A stretch of 64,000 bases of DNA from Paragordius varius (lineage: Eukaryota; Animalia; Nematomorpha), in NCBI GenBank assembly GCA_964247055.1, contig OZ176051.1, positions 12,710,001 through 12,774,000 of the forward strand, given 5' to 3'. Of the stretch, positions 1 to 10,988 are shown piece after piece. Numbering within the stretch: position 1 is the first letter of the stretch; each line of letters opens with the position of its first letter. The position numbers and the translations under genes were made by a program. The notes below the pieces were generated by a model. It saw nothing but the letters and a program-made list of their open reading frames with translations, ran no database searches and had not been told where the DNA came from.

Positions 1-1294
1 ACAATTTTCCGGAGAACGTGTTGAACCATTCAATTTCAAATATAATTTTTGTTTACTTATTTTCGATTGCGCCGAACATAGTCGAGCCACTTTTTTGATT
101 TAGGCCCTCTTTTTACCCGCTCCCCCCGTAAAATACCATTTTTTTCAAAAAACAAAGTCCACAAAAATAATTTTCTAAATCGATTTTTCGCCCTAAGTAT
201 GAGACCGTAAAAATTCAATAAAGATTCCACGTATTGCCTTTAAAAGGCAAAAATTTTAGTCAGGCGTTTCTTTGATGATAGCTGCTGAGTAAGGAGTCAC
301 ATTTTTGATTTAGGCCCTCTTTTTACCCGCTACCCCCGTAAAATGCCATTTTTTTCAAAAAAAACAAAGTCCACAAAAATATTTTTTTGATTGTATTTTT
401 TTGTCCACGGTATGAGACTGTAAAAATTCGAGAAAGATTTTTCGTATTGCCTGTTAAAAGGCAAAAATTTTAGTCAGCGTTTCTTTGATGATAGCTGGTA
501 AGGAGTATCTATCATATGTATAGCATGTTAAAAGATATATGGATATTAATACATTATTTATCCTCATCTATATATTTATAAAAATGGAAAATGCTGGCTT
601 TGTGATCTGGTACAGGAAAACCGGTAGACCCAATCAAATCCAAATATCGAAAAAATATAATCATTAATAAATGTCCCGACAATAGCTTCGCCCTTTTTTT
701 GAAATAGGACCCCAGTTCGGGCCCACCCCGTATGAAAAATGGGTTTTTTTTGAAAACAGAAGTCCACAAAATCGTGTTTTTGAGACAATTTTCCGGAGAA
801 CGTGTTGGACCATTCAATTTCAAATATAATTTTTGTTTACTTATTTTCGATTGCGCCGAACATAGTCGAGCCACTTTTTTGATTTAGGCCCTCTTTTTAC
901 CCGCTCCCCCCGTAAAATGCCATTTTTTTCAAAAAACAAAGTCCACAAAAATAATTTTCTAAATCGATTTTTCGCCCTAGGTATGAGACCGTAAAAATTC
1001 AATAAAGATTCCACGTATTCCCGTTAAAAGGCAAAAATTTTAGTCAAGCGTTTCTTTGATGATAGCTGCTGAGTAAAGAGTATCTATCATATGTATAGCA
1101 TGTTAAAAGATATATGGATATTAAAACATTATTTATGGTAATCTATATATTTATAAAAATGGAAAATGCTGGCTTTGTGATCTACAGGAAAAACGGTAGA
1201 CCCATTCAAATCCAAACTTCGACCCCCCCCCCCCCCCCCCCCAGAAGTCCGAAGGACTTCCTCGGGCTGCGTAGCAGCACGAGATTCACGCTAG
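1..1294 (+). mobile_element. Head-to-tail array of non-autonomous Helitron units (family A); left end lies outside the window
   Basis: The head motif TCTATATATTTATAAAAATGG recurs at 567 and 1142 (575-bp period), and position 1 corresponds to 785. The array ends ...GAGATTCACG-CTAG|T at 1291-1295, preceded by hairpins at 1244-1260 and 1266-1278. It is homologous to 41643-42696 (-) and to the first ~500 bp of 2251-4347. Confidence 0.8.
1142..1294 (+). mobile_element. 153-bp minimal Helitron unit (5' head joined directly to the 3' tail)
   Basis: A|TCTATATA at 1141/1142. After ~75 bp of head it jumps, at a TCGA microhomology, to the C20 tract, two hairpins and CTAG|T. Confidence 0.7.
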
Positions 1295-2250
1295 TAAGTG
1301 TATAATTTGGTTAAAATATGTAAATGATTATCTTTAGTAAGCTTCAATGTTACATTTCAACTGAAAAAACTTTATATTTATTAATTTAGCTGTTTAGTTA
1401 GCCGTATTTGGAATACCAATTTTATCCTCTAAAAGTTACTAAAAGGTTAAAAATACAATTTTTACTAGCGAACAGTTTTTGATAATTAGATTTCAACCAC
1501 AATAAATTTTAAAACAAAAATTTATTTACGAGATTGAGCTTTAGGAATTCCCCCATATTCTGGGACAAAAAAGTGATAATAAGTGTAAACAGTCCATTAC
1601 CTTCTGGGGAATTTTATATTCGAGAGCGAATTGAAATTTGCAAATATATTTTAAATTAATAATATATTGGATGGTTTAGCTTAAAACGATCAAGAAACAG
1701 CTGATCTCTTTAAAACTGCTCATATTTTCGGTCAATATAATCGATATTCCTTACAAAATGCTAATTAAACTTTTCAAAATATTTTAAATATATAAACTTT
1801 AATACAACAAAATTTTCCTTCAATAACATTTTGATTCGAATTGGGGTATCTAAATACCCCAGACAATAATTGATATTTTTAAAAACTAGTGAAAGAAACA
1901 GTCACAATTTAAATTTATGCTTCTTTCCTCATAAAAATTATATAAAAACGCCGAAATGTCTCAATATAGTTTTGAAAAAAAGTTCCGCATCAACCTACTT
2001 GGGTGCCATTTTTATTTTGCACCGTTTTTACAAAATATCTTTGATTCTAAGCCTAAAATTTAGCTTACTTTTTATTAAAATCACATTTAACATTGATAAA
2101 TTAAGAAAAAGTGGTATATTTTGCTTTCTTTTAATATTTAGCTTATGCACACACATGATGTAGGCTAAATTTTTACCTTAGTATTATACCTCTGAAAATG
2201 CAATATAAAGAATTTTTGAATCATTATATTATTATATTTTGCTTCATTAA

Positions 2251-4347
2251 TCTATATATTTATAAAAATGGAAAGTGGTGGCTTTGTGATCTGTTTCCGG
2301 AACGGTAAACCCATTCAAATCCAAATAACAAAAAATATAATCATCAATGAATCCCCCGACAATAGCTTCGCCCTTTTTTGAAATAGGCTCCCAGTTGGGG
2401 CCCACCCCGCGCAAAAAAGTTTTTTTTGAAAACTGAAGTCCACAAACATCGTGACAATTTTCCGGAAAACGTGTTGGACCATTCGATTTCAAATATGATT
2501 TTTATACTTATTTTCGATTGCGTCGAATATAGTCGGCTTGCATTTTTATTTAGGCCATCTTTTTACCTGACCCGCCCCTCTTCCCATAAAATGCCATTTT
2601 TTCGAAAAAACTATCCGCAAAATTTTTTGAATCTATTTCTCCAAGGGTATGAGACCGTAAAAATTCACTGAGGATTCCAGGTATTCCCTGTTAAAAGGTA
2701 AAAATTTTAGTCGTCCGTTTTTTTATATTGGCTGCTGGGTAAGGAGCTACCCGATAAAAACTGATCCATCATATCGAAATAGCGTGCTTTTGGGGCTAAA
2801 TTTCAGAAAACCTATCGGGCCATATGAGGTCAATCCGTGCTTAAAATATTACCCCGCAAGGCAAAAATTTAGGTCGTGCGTTTTATTTTTTGAAATTAGC
2901 CGTTAATTAGACCCTTCACGCCCTGAAATGCGCCACCATAGAATATTTTTTTGTTTTGAGGTAATTTTTTTATAAACTAATGAGAACATATGGAATCAGA
3001 TTCCAGGTATTCTCCGTAAATAAATATCTTAATCCAGCGCTTTTTTGTATCAGTCTCTGTATAGGGAAGCTATTCGCCTAAAACTGCCCCACCATATCTA
3101 AATTGCGTTGTTTAGTAGTTAATATTCAGAAAACTTATCAGGACACATAAGTTTTAGGGCCTGAAATATTACTTGTAAAAAGGCAAAAATTTAAATCGGA
3201 CGGATTTTTTAAATTAGCTGTTAAATAGGCCCTTCAAAATTTTTTATCGAGCGTCTTTTTATTGGCCTCTGGGTAGAGGGCTACTCTCCTACAATAGGGC
3301 CACCCTATCGATACATCGTGACTTTGGAGGCAAATTTTAGAAAACTTATCAGGCCACATGAGTTTAATACTTGAAATATTACCCGTAAGAAGGCAATTAA
3401 GTAGAGCGGTTTTATTAAATAACCCCTTAATTAGGCCCTTGCCCTGAAAATGCGCCACCATAGAATGACTTTTTGCTTTTGATGCAATTTTTCGAAAATC
3501 CCACGAGAGCATATGGGATTAATCATCATTCCAGGTATTACCCGAATTAAGGTAAAAATTTTAATCGAGCGTTTTTTTGTTTCGCCAATGGTTAGGGGGC
3601 TACCTGCATATAGCCGCGTCACCATATCGATACAGCATGCCTTTGGAGCCAAATTTCAGAAAATCTATGAAACTGATAGGAACATATGGAATCCATGATA
3701 ATTCCAGATATTCACCAAATAAAGGCAAAAATTAAGTCTAACCCTTTTTATACCTGCCCCTGGGTAAGGACCTACACGCCAAAAACTGGGCCACTATATA
3801 ACAAATGCGTTATTTTGGAGCTAATTTACAGAAATGAAGCCATATGAGCTCATTAAAAGCTTGAAATAATACCCGTAACTAGGTAAAATATAAGGTCAGC
3901 CGTTTGTTATTAGCCGTTAATTTGGGGCCTTTATGTTCTAAAAATGCGCCATCATATAATGATTATTTAGTGTCAGAGGGGAATTTGTATAATATGATTC
4001 TTTCCTTTAAAAGGGGTCACAAACTTACACTTCATATACCTTGATCCCAGCTGTGTGAACACAATTTCAAAATAAAACTTTTAACCATGATTTTGTAACA
4101 CGAAAATTTTAAAATAAATCCAATGATACTTTATAATATTAACTTCAATAAAGGACATTTTAAATGTGGTAAATTTTAAGTTAACAATTTTTAGGCCCTA
4201 CAAAAATCCGTAAAAGAATTATTTAACACATTTTTATTAAATATGCTTTTAATTATTTGTTATCTCCATTATCTCTATTTATTGCAAATTAATAAGAATA
4301 ATTATCGGTGATGCTACGTCACAGCGAAGCGTTACAGGGCCAGCTAG
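2251..4347 (+). mobile_element. Complete non-autonomous Helitron (family A 5' end, family B 3' end) with internal tandem repeats
   Basis: A|TCTATATATTTATAAAAATGG at 2250/2251. 3' hairpin GTCAC-A-GC-GAA-GC-GTTAC (4318-4335), then AGGGCCAG-CTAG|T (CTAG 4344-4347). No TSD; the empty A|T site is visible in the intact host-MITE copy. Confidence 0.85.
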
Positions 4348-4478
4348 TGTTATATAAATGCACACTTTTGCCATGGTTTTAATTTAAACCATATTTTTTA
4401 AAATATTTAATTATAAACAAGCCTGGGGAATCTAATACACCAATTAGAATCAAAGGACTAAAATGAATGTGTTGTATC

Positions 4479-5071
4479 TAGGGTTGTGCTGACCAAGTCA
4501 ATACCAGGTCAATGACAATTTATTTTTTGACCATGGTCATTTAAAAAAACAGCCGTTTTTTAAAAAATTGCTGGTATTGTACAATATAAAATTGTTGAAA
4601 CTACATCCTTATAACATTATCATTTAGCATATCCATTTATTTTGAAAAACAATCCAGTTTGCAAAATATGCGATTATTCAATATATATATGAACCAATAA
4701 AATGTAAAAACATTTTATAATTGGATATTTCAATGATGAAAGAAAGTGTAAAACAAACTAGGTAATATTTTATTTGAAATATCCAGTATTAAAAGCTATG
4801 AATTTGAATCAGAAGGCCACAAGAATGTGACAAAATTATTTTAAAACTAAATTGATTAAATTTGATTGAATATATTGTAAATACAAAAAAATGTATAATA
4901 TAAACTTTTAAGAAAAAACATGACATTATTAGTTAAATAAGTGTCGTTCGAACATTATTATCATACTCCAATATCGCATGGTATTTACTTAGGTAAAGTG
5001 GTCATGACCGTGGTCGGGTCTGACCGGGTCTGACCGGACTTTTTTGAAAAAGCAGTCAAATGCACACCCAA
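4479..5071. mobile_element. hAT-like MITE with 8-bp TSD
   Basis: Imperfect TIRs TAGGGTTGTGC / GCACACCCAA; flanks GTTGTATC (4471-4478) and GTTGTATT (5072-5079); clustered TGACC/GGTCA subterminal motifs at both ends. The intact host MITE has a single GTTGTATC. Confidence 0.75.
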
Positions 5072-5525
5072 GTTGTATTTAAGTAATTAGGAAAAAAATA
5101 TCTGTTTTGACTTTTTAAAAATATTAGATTTTTTTAGTATAAAACAATAAAAGATAAACTTGGATTAATTTTTATCTATTAATATTTTATAGACTGAGAA
5201 AATACTTAGCACAAAACCAAAATATCAAAACATTAGCTCAACAACGATATTCAATTAAACAAAATGAATCAACTCGACACAAAATACATATTGACAGAAA
5301 ATAAAGAATAATTTAATTAGACAAAGATACTGAATATTTATAATGTAAATAAAATAAATAACTTGAATATATTATGATTTGTATAAATTAAAAAATATAA
5401 ATATATAACCTGCCCTATCCCCCCACCCTAAAGAGAAAAAAAATTAAAAAATATTTAAGTCCAAAATTTTCTTTTGAGCGTCCGAGTGTAAGAATGCTTA
5501 AATAAAAATTTTGAACTTATAAACC

Positions 5526-6098
5526 CTATTTCACACGATTGGGAAAAACAACTCTCTTAATAACAAGAGTTGATTTTCCCCAAAGAAGTAAATGTTCTCC
5601 CATTAGAGAGTCATTTGCACTAAATCTCCACAAGTAAAATGGATGTACATTCAAGCCGAATGAGATGCTCGCATGCCTGTTGTAATCAATCGACCCAGGC
5701 GCGATTTGTCATTCTCTCCATCGCCTTGTGGGCTGTTAAGTAATGGACGTCCAAGAGCTTCGTTTCAACTGGTGCCTCCTCCCCTTAAGTTTACCTACTA
5801 ATACGTAGGTTCCTTTTCCTGTGTGCATCTCGTTCATGTGTCCTCCCATAAATGAGTCAGTCCCGAATCCCCCGTATTCGATCCTTGCGGGAGTTGTGGA
5901 ATCAGCTATGTACGCCTTTCCCATAGAGTTAATCCCAATAGACCTAAATAATACATTAATCTCGTAATGAGCAGGTCCATTTCTGTTCGGTCCTTCATTC
6001 ACGTACGAATTAGTCTTGTCTCACGTCTTCATCCCTGGTAGCCATTCGAGAAGAAGGCCTAAAGCCTTCAAATTCGATTTTCCAACCAGCCTTCCCAT
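5526..6098 (-). pseudogene. Decayed reading frame of unknown origin (191 codons, 3 internal stops)
   Basis: Island visibly GC-richer than its flanks. One frame reads MGRLVGKSNLKALGLLLEWLPGMKT*DKTNSYVNEGPNRNGPAHYEINVLFRSIG...GGFGTDSFMGGH...*...*QIAPGSIDYNRHASISFGLNVHPFYLWRF...; it includes track ORF 5736..6002. No family recognised. Confidence 0.45.
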
Positions 6099-6254
6099 AT
6101 ATATTTTTTTCTAATTGAATCATAGGAGTTTAGATTACTTAATACATCCATATATGTACTCTTGTTTTCCAAATGGAAAATTACAGAAACAAAGAATTTT
6201 ATGAACACCAAAGCTTGTCCTTAGATTTTTTTTTAAAATAATTTTGCTTTATTC

Positions 6255-9200
6255 TATATTATATGCTCTCTTTATCCATTTAATCAGCGGAATTGGTTGA
6301 AACAGCCTAAATTTACATGGGTGTGCTATATATGTATTGCCTGCATGAAACAAGATATATTTTGCGCATGGAAGCACAATTTAGGATTAATGTAAAATTC
6401 TGAGTTTAACTAAATATAGTTTTTCTCTTAAATGCAGGACTTATTTAATAATAAATAAATTGAAGGATTATAGTTGCGCATGACAGTGTAGATAATAATT
6501 TAATATAGCCTTTTTTAGCATTAGTAAACGTATCAAATGGATATGAATAGAATCTGGAGTCTATTACAAAAGACAACCACACATACCTTGATTTGTTTAT
6601 AACACAGTGATTATATGTACAACAATTACGTATTTTACAATTATCAAATGATTTTCTTAGATTAATTTTAGTAAAAAGGATGGTAGTCTTTTGAAAAAGA
6701 AATTGTCTTTATATTTTACGTTATGACCGTATAATTTCAATTTTACTGGCAATCGACAATATTTAAAAAACTAACAATGTATAATACATTGTATAAAGGT
6801 GAAGTAACTTATTGATTTCAAAAATGGTCGTATGTTATACTAAAAATATTGATTTAATTAAATATTTTTTAGAAAATAAAATAGTTTTTTTACAGACCGG
6901 GGGATCAATAAAGGAGCCAATTTAATAATGATTTAATTACCTTTGGCCCATTTATATATGAGGAAAAAGTATGATGGGATTTGAATAAGGCTGCACGTTG
7001 AACTAAAAAATTTCTTGGCATTTAATTGCTCAAAAGTCTATTTTTAGGGACATGTAGACGAACATAGGTCTAATTTATAAAAATAACCATAACCCTTGGC
7101 ACTTTTTCAAAGAGATGGTTTACAATATTTTTAATCTGGTTTTCAGTATTGTTACTATGTCAACCACTATATAATACAAAATTTCTACACAAACCCTTAC
7201 TTGATAAAGTCTTCAGAAAAGAAGGATATTGAGTTATTTTAATAAAATTATTTTTTGAATTATAATCGCATTAGATAATATTTGACGTTGTAGTCATTCT
7301 AAATAACTTTTGGTAATCAAATAAATTAATAATTTATTTTACAATATTTTTCGAATAATGATATTAACAAACGTAAATGCTTTTTACCATATTTTAACAT
7401 TTAAAAAATTATTTACAATTTTGGAATTCAAATTCACCCTCAATATTCTTAAACAATTCGAATTGACCAAAAATAAATTATGGGTTTTCGGGCTAATATT
7501 ACTCATCATAAATATAAAATATATCTTAATGGCATAGTTTATTATTTTTTCAGTATGATTTTAATTTACAAAATTTTATTTTTTAAAAATATAATAAAAT
7601 ATAGGTAGTTTTCAATTTTAAAAACACATAATTTATTTTGGGTTATGAATTGTTCAAGGGTGAATATTAAATTAAGGCTGTCTTAGTTATATTCCGCCGA
7701 TTTGATAATGAATTAAGTTTGAGATTCGCCTTTAAATTCATTGAATCAGTCTTAATAATTTTGAAATAATTAAAAGTTTTAAATTAATCAACTCAATAAT
7801 GTCATATTAAATGTACAGTATAAAAATTGATTATTTTTTCTAAAAACGACCATATATATTTATGAATCATTTTGATGTACAGTCATGTAGACTTTATATT
7901 GTTAAAGATTTACTTTTTTTCGTTAATTGGGTATTAATATTTGGTAAAGAATATAAAAACAAGAGCAATATGGTATTACCATATCATATTCTTTAAAACA
8001 GTAAAAAATGAAGGGGAAGGGCGTCGGAAATCTTTAGTAAAAAAATAAAAATACACTAACTACTAACCCTTCACTTAAATTTGATGAATATTTTGTAATG
8101 TTAAATTTTGAGAATATTATAGCATTTTATGTTAACATTTGAAATATTGTTGTTACGTATTTAGATGCGGAATTTTGTGGGTTTTTATCTTTAATAATTT
8201 AATAAATAGTAAAATGGGTACTATTTTTCAACATGATAAATACCTGTATTAATCGATATTGGTATTATTTTATATAGTTGTTATTAGTAATTAAAATACA
8301 GGTTATATATTAGTTAAAATTTAAGTAGATTTTGAATTGTTTTTGTTTTTATGTTATTCATTGTCAATTTTTATGTATTGACATTTTAATCAGGTAAAAA
8401 TTGCGGTTTCTAAATTTAGTCAAATTTAATTTTTTTGTTTTTTATTTAATATTGTTAATTGTAATTAATTACATATTGTAATTTTAATAATTACAGGTGA
8501 AAATTGTGGTTTTTAATAAATTTAGTCAAATTTAATTTTTTTGTTTTTTAGGATTTGCATTGTTAATTGTAATTAATTACTACATATTGGAAATTTTAAA
8601 AAAACAGGTAAAAATGGGGGTTTCAAATTTTTTTATTGTTAATTGTAATTAATTACATATTGTGGACATTTTAATAATTACAGGTAAAAATTGCAGTTTT
8701 TAATAAATTTAATAAAAATTGAATTTTTGTTTTTTAGGATTTGCATTGTTAATTGTAATTAATTTATTTGGTCATTTTAATAAATACAGGTAAAAATTGC
8801 GGTTTTTAACAAATTTCAAATTTATTTTTTTTATTTTGTATCATTGTTAATTGTAATTAATTACTACATATTTTGGACATTTTAAATACAGGTGAAAATG
8901 GCAGTTTTTTAAATTTAACATTTTTTGTATCATTGTTATTTGTTATTAATTAATAAATATTTGGACATTTAAAAACAGGTGAAAATTGCGGTTTTTAATA
9001 AATTAGTAAAATTTTTAATGTTTTGTTCAACTTCGCTAATTTATTATGTATTATATATTTTTGATACATTGATATCAGGTAAAAATTACTATCATTTGAA
9101 TAAATTAGCAAGGTTGAACAAAACATTAAAAATTTAAATTTTATTTAAAACCGCAATTTTCACATGTTTTTTAAATGTCGAAAATATTTGATAATTAATA

Positions 9201-9473
9201 ACTAATAACAATGATACAAAAAAAATTAAATTTGAATTTTGTTAAAAACCGCCATTTTTACCTGTATTTTTTAAAATTTCCAAATATGTAGTAATTAATT
9301 ACAATTAACAATGTTAAATAAAAAACAAAAAAATTAAATTTGACTAAATTTAAAAACCGCAATTTTTACCTGATTAAAATGTCAATACATAAAAATTGAC
9401 AATGAATAACATAAAAACAAAAACAATCCAAAATCTACTTAAATTTTAACAAATATATAACCTGTATTTTAAT
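6255..9473 (+). repeat. Arm A of a 3219-bp near-perfect inverted repeat
   Basis: Reverse complement of 10989-14207. The coordinate sum is 20462 at both ends and at the internal checkpoints (6901/13561, 7880/12582). Substitutions seen at 6366/14096 and 6422/14040. Confidence 0.95.
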
Positions 9474-9916
9474 TACTAATAACAATATAAAATAATACCA
9501 ATATCGATTAATACAGGTATTTATCATGTTGAAAAATAGTAATTATTGAATTTAATTATAAACCATAAATAATAAAATACCCATTTTACTATTTATTAAA
9601 TTATTAAAGATAAAAACCCACAAAATTCCGCATCTAAATACGTAACAACAATATTTCAAATGTTAACATAAATTGCTAAAATATTCTCAAATTTAACATT
9701 AAAAATATCCATCAAATTTAAGTGAAGAGTTAGTAGTTAGTGTATTTTCATTTTTTTACTAAAGATTTCCGACGCCCCTCCCCTTCATTTTTTACTTTTT
9801 TAAAGAATATGATATGGTAATACCATATTGCTCTTGTTTTTATATTCTTTACCAAATATTAATACCCAATTAACGAAAAAAAGTAAATCTTTAACAATAT
9901 AAAGTCTACATGACTG
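7880..9916. mobile_element. 2037-bp foldback-type element with long modular TIRs, TA-flanked, CAGT termini (Tc1/mariner-like ends)
   Basis: TA|CAGTCATGTAGAC...GTCTACATGACTG|TA. About 580 bp of each arm is inverted, followed by ~80-110-bp CAGGT(A/G)AAAATTGCGGTTT repeats (7 in the left arm at 8391-8976, 3 inverted in the right arm at ~9150-9375). No ORF. Confidence 0.8.
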
Positions 9917-10331
9917 TAAATTAAATAATTTAAAATATAAATTGTGTTATCAATTTACACCTCTACTTTTGCTGACAATAGTAATTACTAAAAAAGCAAA
10001 TTTAAAAAATAGAGCGGTCATTTGAATGAAGAGTTGTCTTTAGGTTTTTAGATTTTATCTGGATATTTCTGCATATTCAATTATACATACTGAAAACAGT
10101 TTGCTTTTAACTAATTTATTCAACTGAACCTTAAAGGAGAAAACGTAAAAAATAAAGATTAATATTTTCAAACACCAGTGTACTTTCTATATCTTTATTT
10201 TTTTGAATTGTCATTAAATTGCCAAGTAGGTAATATGCATATATGATAAATTATGTATTTTAATTGTAAACCTATTTATAATGTTTTTAAATATAAATTA
10301 TTTTTTTATTTACAAAAGGATTACAGTTTAA

Positions 10332-10904
10332 CACTTGGATACAACACACTCATAGTCCTTCGATTCAAATTGGGGTAGTTGGATACCCCAGGCCTGTTAA
10401 AAATTAAATTCTTTAAAAAATATAGAAGGAATCAGAACCATGGCAAAATTTTGCACTTATCTAACATTAATAAGCCGAATTATATAAAAAATATTATTCA
10501 AAAATACTTGATATTACTTATTTTAAGCTAAAACCAAAAGGTAAAATTTCGTCAACCTGACATGTGTCAAATTGTAAACTTGAAAAATTTTACAAACTAA
10601 ACAGCTTTTTCTATTTCTATCAATGTTAGATGTAATTTATATAAAAAATTAGCTTTAGTTTTACCCTTAAAATATAGAACGATATTTTGCAAAAAAATTT
10701 TAAAATAAAAATGGCGTCGAAGTAGTTTGAGATGGAGCTTTTTTTCAAAACAAAATTTTATCAAGGTATTTTGGCATATTTTTATAATATTTATCAGGAT
10801 AGAAGCATAAATTAAAATTGGGACCGTTTCCTTCAGTAGTTTTTTAAAAATTTTAATTTAAATTTTGTCTGGGGTATTTAGATACCCCAATTTGAATCGA
10901 AGTG
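10332..10904. mobile_element. TTAA-flanked (piggyBac-like) MITE, 573 bp
   Basis: TTAA|CACTTGGATAC...GAATCGAAGTG|TTAA; inner inverted repeat TTCGATTCAAATTGGGGTA and a GGGGTA-nnnnn-ATACCCC palindrome at each end. Confidence 0.75.
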
Positions 10905-10988
10905 TTAAAATTGTTCACGCACCCATATCTATATAAAAACTATAAATACCTTAAAAAAGTACAATAAAAATTAATATTATACAAACAT

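Larger units (their letters stand above)
1827..5085. mobile_element. TTAA-type (piggyBac-like) MITE copy interrupted by a Helitron and a hAT MITE
   Basis: 1827-2250 + 4348-4478 + 5080-5085 align colinearly with the uninterrupted copy at 14495-15071 (e.g. cttcattaa|tgttatataaatgcac vs cttattaatgttagataagtgc; gaatcaaaggact vs gaatcgaaggact). Confidence 0.7.

Noticed and set aside
554-3698. Short ORFs within the Helitron repeats (also 42476-42712)
   Set aside because: They recur only because the DNA is repeated, their frames are not conserved between copies, and there are no Rep or helicase motifs.
8391-9375. Repeat-spacer-like array resembling CRISPR
   Set aside because: Whole ~100-bp units are homologous (no unique spacers), the context is eukaryotic, there are no cas genes, and the array is part of a foldback element.
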